A stretch of DNA of 62,070 bases, filler included, from Planctomycetota bacterium (GTDB lineage: Bacteria > Planctomycetota > Planctomycetia > JALXBF01), in NCBI GenBank assembly GCA_026991575.1. It is 4 parts of 4 records of this genome, joined end to end, with 100 filler letters (N's around TTAATTAATTAA, not from the genome) between each part and the next. Parts side by side here need not be neighbours in the genome. Positions count along the whole stretch, not along the records: positions 1 to 19,105 come from JALXBF010000088.1; 3 more parts are not named here. One strand, given 5' to 3'. This document shows positions 1 to 8,764 of this stretch, piece after piece (position 1 is the stretch's first letter; every line of letters begins with the position of its first letter). The notes under the pieces are model-generated. The model saw only the letters and a list, made by a program, of their open reading frames with translations, had not been told where the DNA came from and did no database searches. The position numbers and the translations under genes are program-made.

Positions 1-393
1 GTGTACCTGGACGAAGAATCCAAGGTCATCGTCGGGTTCAAGGATGTGCGGCATGATGAGTTCTGGGTACGTGGCCACATGCCGGATTACCCGCTGATGC
101 CCGGCGTGCTGATGTGCGAAGCGGCTGCTCAGCTTGCCTCGTACCTGATGCAGCGCATGGGACTTCTTGCCGGCGATTTCGTTGCTTTCGGAGGCATGGA
201 GGCGGTGAAGTTCCGCGGTGTGGTCCGACCTGGAGATCGGCTAATCATCGCGGCGCGAGCTACGGAAGTCCGGCCCGGACGGCGTGGCAAGTTCTATTGC
301 CAGGGGTTCGTTGGCAAGACGATGGTCTTTGAGGCGACCGTGATTGGCCTGCCGTTCTACAAGCAACGCGAAGCGGCCCGGTCAACGGTGTGA
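1..393 (+). CDS. fabZ: 3-hydroxyacyl-ACP dehydratase (5' end probably outside window)
   Basis: GHMPDYPLMPGVLMCEAAAQ and VKFRGVVRPGD motifs of FabZ/FabA hot-dog dehydratases. Confidence 0.88.
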   Translation: MYLDEESKVIVGFKDVRHDEFWVRGHMPDYPLMPGVLMCEAAAQLASYLMQRMGLLAGDFVAFGGMEAVKFRGVVRPGDRLIIAARATEVRPGRRGKFYCQGFVGKTMVFEATVIGLPFYKQREAARSTV

Positions 394-882
394 TTCTGCA
401 CCCTGCACGCGGCGCACCAGCTCGTCGATGACCGGTTCCGGCACGTAGCGCCGCAGCAGTTCCGGTTCGCCCCAGCGGGCGATGTGTTTGATGAACGTTG
501 CCGAGACGTAAGCGACCTCGGGCGAGGCCGGCAGAAAGAGAGTCTCGATCTCTGGGGCAAGCGAGCGGTTGGTCTGGGCCATGACCAGCTCGTAGTCCAC
601 GTCAGCCATGCTGCGGACACCGCGTACGATGACCCGCGCGCCGTGCCGCCGCACAAACTCTACGGTCAGCCCCTCAAACGGCTCGACCAACACGTCCCAA
701 TCCGGTTCGAGGCACAGTTGCACGAGCCGTACGCGCTCCTCGGGCGTCCACAGCGCCGGCTTCTCCGGGTTGACCCCGACGCCCACGATCAGCCGACCGA
801 AGATGGCATGGGCCCGTCGGATGATGTCCAGGTGTCCCAGCGTGATCGGATCGAAGCTGCCGGTGACCACGGCTATGGCCAT
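382..882 (-). CDS. coaD: phosphopantetheine adenylyltransferase
   Basis: GSFDPITLGHLDII, IVRGVRSMADVDYE, YVSATFIK; start moved to the ATG of MAIAVV. Confidence 0.95.
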   Translation of the reverse strand: MAIAVVTGSFDPITLGHLDIIRRAHAIFGRLIVGVGVNPEKPALWTPEERVRLVQLCLEPDWDVLVEPFEGLTVEFVRRHGARVIVRGVRSMADVDYELVMAQTNRSLAPEIETLFLPASPEVAYVSATFIKHIARWGEPELLRRYVPEPVIDELVRRVQGAESHR

Positions 883-942
883 GACTGGAGCCCTATCGTT
901 CGCTCGGCGCTGCCAGCAGTGAGCCGACCGGAGCACCGCCCG

Positions 943-2484
943 CTACGAGTGCATCTTACCTGTTTGCCACCGCACCAGGGCTTGTACCAGCGCCTCGTTG
1001 GAAGGCGTCTCCGCCTCCGCGTCCGGCTCAATCCCCAACGCGCGCAACGTTTCTGACGTCAGCGGGCTGATCGACAGCCAGCGGATCCGGGGCCGAGGCG
1101 GCCGAGGAAACAGTCCGCTCAGAAGGCGATGGGCCGATCGAGCGATAGCCGGACTGGTTGCCGTCACCCAGAACTCCGGCAGCCCGGCCAGTTCGCAGGC
1201 AAGCTCACCGGGCACCTCAGCCACGTCCCGGCTTCGGTACGCCACTGCGGTGACCACCTTGCGACCCGCCTCCTGCAGTGCCTTCGGAAGCAGCTCCCGG
1301 GCACGGTCCGCTCGTACCAGCGCGATGGTCATGCCCGGCTGGGTGACGCGGATCAACTCTTCGGCCAGGCCCTCCGACCGCTGGCTGGCCGGCACCAGGT
1401 CAGCGCGCACCCCGTACTGTTGGAGCGCTGCAGCGGTCGCCTGACCGACGACCGCCAGGCGTACTGGACCGAGCACGCGGGCGTCGTGCCCGAGTTGCTG
1501 CAGGCGGCGGAAGAAGAAGTGCACCCCGTTGGCGCTGGTGAACACGAGCCAGTCGCAGGAGCTGATCCGCGCGACGAGTTCATCCACCTCCTGCCATGAC
1601 TCCGGGGCAACCGTCTCGATGACCGGCATCGGCAGGGGAGTCGCGCCGTGCGCTGCTAGCAGATCGATCAGCGGGCCGGCCTGCTCGGCCGGTCGCGTCA
1701 CCACCACGGTGACGCCAAAGAGCGGCTTCTCCGCGAACCAACCCGGGTCGTTTGTCACGCCAGCTACCTCGCCGATAAACACGGTTGCAGGCGGGCGCAG
1801 TGCGGCGTCGCGCACGCGAGCGGCAATCTCGCCAACGGATCCCCGCACGCACCGCTGCCGAGCCGTCGTTCCCCACTCGACTACCACGGCGGGCGTCTGT
1901 GGGGACAGCCCACCGCTAAGCAGCTTGTCCACGATCCGCGGCAGTGTCCGCAGCCCCATGAACACGACAAGCGTCGCCCGCAAAGCGGCCAACTTTTCCC
2001 ATGGTACCAACGACCGCTCCTTGTCCGGGCTCTCATGCCCTGTCACAAACACCAGAACCGACGCGCGGCGCCTGTCCGTCAGGGGCATGCCCAGGTAGGC
2101 CGGCAGCGCCGTGCCCGCCGTCACGCCCGGGATGACCTCGTACGCAATGCCAGCAGCCCGCACTGCCTCCAGTTCCTCGGCAAGCCGCCCGAAGACCAGC
2201 GGATCACCGCCCTTCAGCCGGGCAACGACCTGTCCACGGCGTGCCAGATCGACGAGCATCCGGTTGATCGCTTCCTGCTCTATGCGCTTGCAGCCGTGGC
2301 GCTTGCCCACGTTGATCAGCTGCGCGTCGGGGCGGCGTTGCCGCAGCACCGCCGGATGCACCAACGCATCGTGTAACACCACGTCCGCACGGCGCAGGCG
2401 CTCCAGCCCCTTGAGCGTGATCAGCTCAGGGTCACCCGGTCCGGCCCCAATGAAGTAAACGATACCCTGCTTCGCGCGCTGCAC
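943..2484 (-). CDS. cobA: uroporphyrinogen-III C-methyltransferase / uroporphyrinogen-III synthase fusion (CobA-HemD)
   Basis: N-terminal IGAGPGDPELITLKG and RLKGGDPLVFGR; C-terminal VVVTRPAEQ and LVFTSANGV of HemD. Confidence 0.93.
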   Translation of the reverse strand: MQRAKQGIVYFIGAGPGDPELITLKGLERLRRADVVLHDALVHPAVLRQRRPDAQLINVGKRHGCKRIEQEAINRMLVDLARRGQVVARLKGGDPLVFGRLAEELEAVRAAGIAYEVIPGVTAGTALPAYLGMPLTDRRRASVLVFVTGHESPDKERSLVPWEKLAALRATLVVFMGLRTLPRIVDKLLSGGLSPQTPAVVVEWGTTARQRCVRGSVGEIAARVRDAALRPPATVFIGEVAGVTNDPGWFAEKPLFGVTVVVTRPAEQAGPLIDLLAAHGATPLPMPVIETVAPESWQEVDELVARISSCDWLVFTSANGVHFFFRRLQQLGHDARVLGPVRLAVVGQATAAALQQYGVRADLVPASQRSEGLAEELIRVTQPGMTIALVRADRARELLPKALQEAGRKVVTAVAYRSRDVAEVPGELACELAGLPEFWVTATSPAIARSAHRLLSGLFPRPPRPRIRWLSISPLTSETLRALGIEPDAEAETPSNEALVQALVRWQTGKMHS

Positions 2485-2540
2485 GGTTTTTCCCGCGCGG
2501 CCAGGCAGGCAGCGGTCGCCTGTGCCGCCGCTTGCAGAGG

Positions 2541-3269
2541 TCAGCGGTTATCCGGTTGGCTTGAGGGACACGTGCGGCGGAGAGGACAGGAACCGCAACG
2601 TGGGTTACGCGCCCGACAAATCGTACGGCCCAACGCGATCAGATGGACATGGAAGGCCAAGACCAGCTCTTCGGGCACGATCTGTCCAAGGAGCTGGTGG
2701 GCCCGCTCGGCCGTGCACTTTGGCGGGATCAGCCCGAGCCGCTTGGCCACGCGGGCCACGTGCGTGTCGACCGGCAACACGGGCTTGCCACACGCAAACA
2801 GCAACACGCAAGCGACGGTCTTCGGGCCGATGCCTTTCAGTTGACGTAAGAGCGCAGCGGCTTTCTCCGTGTCCAGCTCACGGAGCGGATCAAGCCCGCG
2901 TTCCCCGAACTGTTCCAGGGCCCAGCGGACCGCCGTCCGGATCCGTGGCGCCTTCTGGTTGGCCAGTCCGGCAACACGTATCGTGGCCGCCAGCTCATCC
3001 AGATCGGCGCGGGCCAATTCCTGCCAGCTTCGATAGCGGGTTCGCAGCGCGGCGTAAGCTGCCTCACTGTTGCGGTCGGCCGTGTTCTGAGACAGGATCG
3101 TGAAGACGAGCTCGCTCAGCGGATCGAACGGCCTGGGCGGACGTGCCGGCCCGAAGTGTTTCTCCAGTTTGGCGCAGATGCTACGTACCCGACGTCGCAG
3201 CCGCTGAAGCGTGCCGTCCTGCACACGCTCAGCCCGACGCTTGCGGTTGCCGGCCTGTCTGCGTTTCAT
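2541..3269 (-). CDS. nth: endonuclease III family HhH-GPD DNA glycosylase
   Basis: TILSQNT, LKGIGPKTV, PVDTHVARV and the C-x6-C-x2-C-x5-C Fe-S motif; start uncertain. Confidence 0.88.
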   Translation of the reverse strand: MKRRQAGNRKRRAERVQDGTLQRLRRRVRSICAKLEKHFGPARPPRPFDPLSELVFTILSQNTADRNSEAAYAALRTRYRSWQELARADLDELAATIRVAGLANQKAPRIRTAVRWALEQFGERGLDPLRELDTEKAAALLRQLKGIGPKTVACVLLFACGKPVLPVDTHVARVAKRLGLIPPKCTAERAHQLLGQIVPEELVLAFHVHLIALGRTICRARNPRCGSCPLRRTCPSSQPDNR

Positions 3270-3771
3270 GCCACCATTCCCGAGAACTGGCCAGCCCGAA
3301 GCCAAACACCGCCGCCAGCGTCAGTGCCACGAGCCGACTCAGGAAGTCGGCCTCCGAGGGCACGAACTTCGCCGCCAATGGGAACCACAGGAGCACGAAC
3401 GGAAAGCTTGGCAGCTCGACCACGGGCCAGAACAGGTGAAAAAACGGCACAAGCGCCTGCAAACGGGCCGCTCCAAACAGAGCAAGGTGGGCTCCGAGAA
3501 TGGCACTGATCCACAGCGTCAGAAGCGAAACCGGGCTGCCGCTCAGCACGAACAACCCCATGCAGACGGCCGCTAGGGCGGCGAGCCAGGCGGCTCCCAG
3601 CCGCTGTTCGACTGCAGGCATGAGCACGTACACGTACCAGCCGCCCAGCAGAGCGGAGAGCATGCCCAGACCTGCGAACGCAGACACGGCCTCCGCCACG
3701 CACCAAGTCAGCGTCAGTAGGGTGCCGGGACCGTAGCGATGCACCGGAATCGTCGTTCGGAAAGGAATCAT
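3229..3771 (-). CDS. membrane protein, degenerate rhomboid-like
   Basis: MIPFRTTIP N-terminus and ISAILGAHLALFGAARLQALVP...LPSFPFVLLWF resemble rhomboid TM segments; no GxSG motif. Confidence 0.5.
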   Translation of the reverse strand: MIPFRTTIPVHRYGPGTLLTLTWCVAEAVSAFAGLGMLSALLGGWYVYVLMPAVEQRLGAAWLAALAAVCMGLFVLSGSPVSLLTLWISAILGAHLALFGAARLQALVPFFHLFWPVVELPSFPFVLLWFPLAAKFVPSEADFLSRLVALTLAAVFGFGLASSREWWHETQTGRQPQASG

Positions 3772-3838
3772 GCCCGCGCGGCCGTCCCAAGCTACTGGAG
3801 ACAGTTTCAAGCAATCTTGGCCGTAGCCCGCACCCGTG

Positions 3839-4696
3839 TCAATCGGAGTCGCCACTGGCGATGCTACTCTCCGCCGCGTCGTTGGTCTGTTGCCGGAAAG
3901 GCTCCTCAGTCTGCCCATGCCGACGCCGGACGCGGAGGTGGTTCACCACGTAACGCACGCCTTCGACCGTTTCGGCCTGTTGCTTGGCGACCAGTTTCGC
4001 CAGATAGTTCCGCACGGTTCCTTCCAGACGCACCACGTTGTCCTCAACCGTCACGTCGATGTCGGACCCGATTAGCAGCAGGTTCTTGACGTCGAGCGGG
4101 TTCCTTAGCTTGCGCCGCACCGCTCGGGCCACAACGTCGTCGGGCGGCGGATCCTCCAGCACGACCTCGACCGCAACGAAGTATGGGCCGATCCCGCGGA
4201 CGCCACGCATCGCTTCATCAAGTCGCTGGCGCAAGGCCAGGCTTGGCAGTGTGCCGTAGACGACACCAAAGTGGTCTTCGCAGTAGTAGCCCAATCGGTC
4301 AGCATACTCCGGTCCGATGGCACGGCGCGCGGCGGCCCGCATGAGGGCCACGATCTGTTTGTCCGACAGCTTCGGCGGGTCGAACGTGACCCCCAGGAAT
4401 GACAGCTCCTCGACCCCTGGGTCGGAAGCAACCAGGACGACCGCGCGTTGCAGGGCCTCAGGGCTTTCCACGATCCCGCCCAGTGTTACCAGCCCCTGCC
4501 GGGCGGAGGCTTGCACCTGTTTCACCCCTGGGATTCCCGCTTTCTCAACCACCCGCTCGATGCGGCGGGCAAGTTGCCGGTCGGACGGGGATGGGCGGGT
4601 GCAAAGGGCGCAGCACCCTGCGCCGGTGAGTGTGGCGATGATTGCGGCGCTCAGCAGTAGGACGACACGACGGGTGTTCGCGGGGGCGGATCGCAT
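3839..4696 (-). CDS. BON domain-containing exported protein / probable lipoprotein
   Basis: hydrophobic leader ending TGAGC; BON-type repeats (GLVTLGGIVES..., IDVTVEDNVVRLEGTV...GVRYVVNHLRV). Confidence 0.8.
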   Translation of the reverse strand: MRSAPANTRRVVLLLSAAIIATLTGAGCCALCTRPSPSDRQLARRIERVVEKAGIPGVKQVQASARQGLVTLGGIVESPEALQRAVVLVASDPGVEELSFLGVTFDPPKLSDKQIVALMRAAARRAIGPEYADRLGYYCEDHFGVVYGTLPSLALRQRLDEAMRGVRGIGPYFVAVEVVLEDPPPDDVVARAVRRKLRNPLDVKNLLLIGSDIDVTVEDNVVRLEGTVRNYLAKLVAKQQAETVEGVRYVVNHLRVRRRHGQTEEPFRQQTNDAAESSIASGDSD

Positions 4697-4878
4697 CCTT
4701 GCGGAACTCCCTATCAGGACCGGCGTTGGCTCTTCCCTTCTTATCGGTTGCCCGCGACGGCCGGTCCAGCCGCCGGCGCAGGTAGAATCGGGCAGGTGGC
4801 TGAGCAGAGGGCAAGCATCGCAAAACGGGCAGAAGCACTACGCACGGAACATGCGTGCGCTCCAGCGAGGACCGGGCT

Positions 4879-5640
4879 ATGAGGCTGGAAGGCAAGATCG
4901 CGATCGTGACCGGGGCAGGGGGGGCAATTGGTCGGGCCATCGTCGCCAGATTCACGGCCGAGGGGGCAGCGGTCGTCGTTAACGACATCAACGAACGTGC
5001 GGCCGAAGAGACGGTAGATCTGGTCACCGCCAGGGGAGGGCGGGCGGTAGCAGTCATCGGGGACATCACGAACCCGACTGAGGTAAAGCGCATCGTCCAG
5101 GCCGCCTTGGACCGGTTCGGAGGGATCGACATCTTGGTCAACAATGCTATGTGCGGTTGGGGGCCCATCTTGCGCAACGAATGGCAACCGGTGGCTTCCG
5201 TTGGCCTGCTGGGGCCATGGTTGCTGACACAGGAGTGCCTGCCGGTCATGCGCACCGCCGGCCGTGGGGCCATCGTGAACATCTCGTCAGTGAACGCCCT
5301 GGCCGGTTTCGGAAATGAGCACCTCTACAGTGGAATAAAGGCCGGTCTGATCGGGATGAGTCGTTCGCTGGCGGTTCGCGAGGGCCGGCATGGCATCCGA
5401 ATCAACTGTATTTGCCCCGGTAGCATAGTCACGCCTCAGTGGCGCAAGCTCGAGGAGGACAAACCAGGGTTGCTGGACCGGATCAAGTCGCTCTACCCGC
5501 TCGGACGGCTGGGGAAGCCGGACGATGTCGCGGCTGCGGCTGTCTTCCTGGCTTCGGACGATGCGTCCTTTATCACCGGCGCGGTGCTTGTCGTCGACGG
5601 CGGGCTTACCGCCGGTAACCTCGGTTTCGACTTTGAGTGA
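4879..5640 (+). CDS. SDR family NAD(P)-dependent oxidoreductase
   Basis: TGAGGAIG, DILVNNA, NISS, YSGIK (YxxxK), VDGG. Confidence 0.92.
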   Translation: MRLEGKIAIVTGAGGAIGRAIVARFTAEGAAVVVNDINERAAEETVDLVTARGGRAVAVIGDITNPTEVKRIVQAALDRFGGIDILVNNAMCGWGPILRNEWQPVASVGLLGPWLLTQECLPVMRTAGRGAIVNISSVNALAGFGNEHLYSGIKAGLIGMSRSLAVREGRHGIRINCICPGSIVTPQWRKLEEDKPGLLDRIKSLYPLGRLGKPDDVAAAAVFLASDDASFITGAVLVVDGGLTAGNLGFDFE

Positions 5641-5658
5641 CCCTCCTGGGAGCAAAGG

Positions 5659-6672
5659 ATGCCCTGTGTACGGATTGCTGCCGTCTGCTGCGGACTTGCC
5701 CTTCTGGTATGGCCTACGTTGGCAGTGGAGGCGGCCGGCTGGTCGGCCGGCCTCTTCGATCATCTGACGCACGACTTCGGTCGTGTGCCCCGCGGCGTTC
5801 GCATCAAACACACCTTCCGTATTGTGAACAAACTCAAGCAACGGGTGCACATTGCCAGCGTACGGCCGTCCTGCCCGATCTGTACGGTGGCTGCGCCCGA
5901 GAAGCGGTGGCTGGAGCCGGGGGAATCGACCGAGATTGTCGCTTCCTTGGATACCGGCAGCTTTACGGGACCGCGGAGCGTGTCGGTGACGGTCACGTTC
6001 GATTACCCTTCGTTCGACCAGACCCGCCTGATCTTGCGGTGCTATAGCCGGCCCGACCTGGTCGTTACGCCTGGTATCGTCCAGTTCGGTACTGTCCGCC
6101 CGGGAACCCGGGTGCAACGCACCGTGCGGATCGAGTACGCGGGAAACGAGACGTGGCAAATCAGCCAGTTGACGGCCACGCCGCAGGGCCTGCTGTCGGC
6201 CGCCGCGCGCGAACTGTACCGCTCAAGCGGTCGCGTCGGCTATGAGCTGACCGTGGTGCTGCGAGCCGGCATTGTGGTAGGCCCGGTTCAGGGGCTCGTC
6301 AGCGTGCGGACTTCCGAACCCGGTCGGGCCATCGACATCCCGGTGGAAGGCCAGGTTGTGGGCACGGCGGTGCTTGCCCGACATCGACTTTACCTGGGAC
6401 TCGCCCGACCCGGGCAAGAGCTACGCAAGAGCGTACTGCTCCGCGCCGAGCAGCCCGTTCGGCTGACCCAGGTCGAGACCGGGCCTGGACCGTTTCGCCT
6501 CTCCGGTGGCGCGCAGGCGTCACGACTGCAACGACTGACGGTGAGCTTCCTCGCTCCCGACAAGCCGGGCATTCACACACAGCTATTCCTGATTCACCTG
6601 GAGACGGCGGCCGGCCGGCGGGAGGTGCACCGTTTCGAAGCGACGGCTACCGTCGTCACCGAGGGACAGTAA
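5659..6672 (+). CDS. exported DUF1573-type tandem Ig-like protein
   Basis: signal peptide; HDFGRV...HTFRIVN...VRPSCPICT...LEPGES pattern followed by further beta-sandwich repeats. Confidence 0.75.
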   Translation: MPCVRIAAVCCGLALLVWPTLAVEAAGWSAGLFDHLTHDFGRVPRGVRIKHTFRIVNKLKQRVHIASVRPSCPICTVAAPEKRWLEPGESTEIVASLDTGSFTGPRSVSVTVTFDYPSFDQTRLILRCYSRPDLVVTPGIVQFGTVRPGTRVQRTVRIEYAGNETWQISQLTATPQGLLSAAARELYRSSGRVGYELTVVLRAGIVVGPVQGLVSVRTSEPGRAIDIPVEGQVVGTAVLARHRLYLGLARPGQELRKSVLLRAEQPVRLTQVETGPGPFRLSGGAQASRLQRLTVSFLAPDKPGIHTQLFLIHLETAAGRREVHRFEATATVVTEGQ

Positions 6673-6701
6673 GCGACCGCGGCCGCGTGGCCGGGCACCA
6701 G

Positions 6702-6890
6702 CTATTTGACCTCCAGAAATGTCTCGACTCCCTGCCACACGATCAGCGCAGCGGCAAGCACGATCCCGATGTCCAACAGCAAGGCCGCGCGGTCAAACGG
6801 GATACCCAACGCCAGATCGGCCAGGAAAACCAAGCCGAGCAGCGCAGCTAAGACAACTGCCACAAGAACAATGATTCGCTGCGTGGACAC
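6702..6890 (-). CDS. small two-TM membrane protein
   Basis: GTG start with GAGGAG RBS; two hydrophobic helices around DLALGIPF. Confidence 0.7.
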   Translation of the reverse strand: MSTQRIIVLVAVVLAALLGLVFLADLALGIPFDRAALLLDIGIVLAAALIVWQGVETFLEVK

Positions 6891-6950
6891 CGTACTCCTC
6901 GTTCGGGCAGACAGCCAGAGTGGTTCGCCGTTTGGCGCTCGTTTCTATCG

Positions 6951-6979
6951 ATTCTGGTCGTCGTTGACTGTACTGTCAA
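6951..6979 (-). promoter_or_regulatory. putative sigma70 promoter overlapped by a TTGAC-N6-GTCAA palindrome
   Basis: minus strand reads TTGACA-N17-CAGAAT about 60 nt upstream of the 6890 start; palindrome at 6964-6979. Confidence 0.5.
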
Positions 6980-7528
6980 TGCGTTCCCCCGCTCTCGGGG
7001 CGTCCCATCCCCAGTACTTGCGTCTTGTGCCGTCGGGCGCCCGGGGATCCTGCCGCCCACGTCTACGTTGCCGCCGTATGAGTCCGCGTGACCGTTTCGC
7101 TCACTACAGCAACCGCTCGAGGTGACCGGCCGCACGGACTCGGTTCCGACGCCAGAAGGACCAGGCGTCCTCCCGCGCGACAGCCAACCGGTCAGGGGAC
7201 GAGCAGTGGTGAGCTGGGGCCGGCCGGGCGCATCACGGCCAGCCCCACACGAGAGCGCTTCCATTGGACCGACCGCACCGGTTGGTCCTGTCCGCAGCTG
7301 ACATGCGTCCGCCCTGCCCGGGTAGGCTGCCGCTGCGGACGGAACGCATTGCCGACGCCGGCCGGTGACGCTAGGGTTCCAAGCCGCGAGGGAGACTAAG
7401 TGCTGCAGGATCAGACCCTATTTGGAACCGCCCCCTGCCCTGGGTGGGGCAGCCCGCGACACGCTGACGTGTCGATGCGATCACGTCAGCGTGCCCGCTG
7501 GTCGTGCTCCGCATGGCTGCTGACCGCG

Positions 7529-7987
7529 TTAGCCGGCCTGGATCTTGATTTGCCGACCAGTCGGTGCGGTCTTCTTGGGCAGGCGAACGAGGAGCACACC
7601 GTTCTTCAGCTGTGCGGTGATGCCGTCGACGTCCACCTGGCTGGGCAACGGCACCACGCGGCCGAACCGACCCTGCCACCGTTCGCGCGCGTGCCAGGCT
7701 GCCTGCTCTCCGGGATCCTCTTCTGACCGTTCACCGCGGATCACCAGCGCCCCTTCCTCGACGTTGAGGTCAATCTGGTTGGCATCGACGCCGGGCAGAT
7801 CGACCTTGACGACGAGCTCGTTGGGCAACTCGTACACGTCGACCCGAGGCGAGAAAACGGTGCCGGCAGCGCCCCGCCGTCTCGGCTCGGCAAGCTCCCA
7901 GCCACGGAGCGCGTCCTCGAAGAGCCGGTTGATTTCGCTCTGCAACAGGGCAAATGGGTCCGGAATGCTTCGTGGTGTTCGAGCCAT
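7529..7987 (-). CDS. Hsp20/alpha-crystallin small heat shock protein
   Basis: PRVDVYE, DLPGV, ERWQGRFGRVVPLP, AQLKNGVLLVRLPK; GGAGG RBS. Confidence 0.95.
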   Translation of the reverse strand: MARTPRSIPDPFALLQSEINRLFEDALRGWELAEPRRRGAAGTVFSPRVDVYELPNELVVKVDLPGVDANQIDLNVEEGALVIRGERSEEDPGEQAAWHARERWQGRFGRVVPLPSQVDVDGITAQLKNGVLLVRLPKKTAPTGRQIKIQAG

Positions 7988-8041
7988 TGTGTTAGCCTCC
8001 GTCGTCGATTAACCTCCGATGACTGCGTCGCTGGTTTCCGG

Positions 8042-8057
8042 AGCAACTGCCGTGCCG
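8042..8057 (-). promoter_or_regulatory. putative sigma54 -24/-12 promoter of the Hsp20 gene
   Basis: minus strand CGGCACG-GCAG-TTGCT, GG-N10-GC spacing, 55 nt upstream of the ATG. Confidence 0.55.
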
Positions 8058-8378
8058 AGCGGGCCGAGCGTGCCGGCTTCCGGCGCAACCTTTTCCAAAG
8101 ACACGGCTTGTGCGACGGTGCCCTTGCCCCGATCGGGGGATCGGGCCGAGCGCCGCACGCCAGTTTGACGCCGTCGATCGCAGGCGGTTGCCGGTCCAGT
8201 GCGGTGGCCGGGAAATGCTTCGCCCACCTGCCCCAGTGGCCGGCTGTTGGTGCGTACAATGAACGATCCCGTTGACGCCGGCGCATAATGGGTAGAGCCG
8301 AATCGGCTGGAGTGGTTTGGGTGTTCGGTCGGTTTCGCCGGTACGTGGAGTGAGTGTGCGAGGAATGGGAATCACGCG

Positions 8379-8648
8379 ATGGCCATCACGAAGGAAGAGA
8401 AGCAGGAACTGATTCGCCAGTTCCAGCGCAGCGAGAACGACACTGGTTCGCCCGAGGTGCAGATTGCGATACTGACGGCCAGGATCAACCACCTGACCGA
8501 CCACCTGAAGCAGCACCGCAAGGACTACCATAGCCGTCTGGGCTTGATCAAGTTGGTGAGCAAGCGGAATCGACTGCTGAAGTACCTGCGCCGGACGGAT
8601 CGACCACGCTATCTGCAGGTGATCCAACGGCTTGGCCTCCGGCGTTAG
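8379..8648 (+). CDS. rpsO: 30S ribosomal protein S15
   Basis: [23 protein letters not shown]...KDYHSRLGL; 89 aa; upstream of pnp. Confidence 0.98.
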   Translation: MAITKEEKQELIRQFQRSENDTGSPEVQIAILTARINHLTDHLKQHRKDYHSRLGLIKLVSKRNRLLKYLRRTDRPRYLQVIQRLGLRR

Positions 8649-8764
8649 CCCGCATTCACGCGACGAAGCTCCGCCTGTCCGTCACCGCACGTTTGGGAGC
8701 CGCACGTCGGGTGTTGGCGTGCGCGCGTCGATAACGGGTATTGTGCTACGGAGACGTAGGATCC

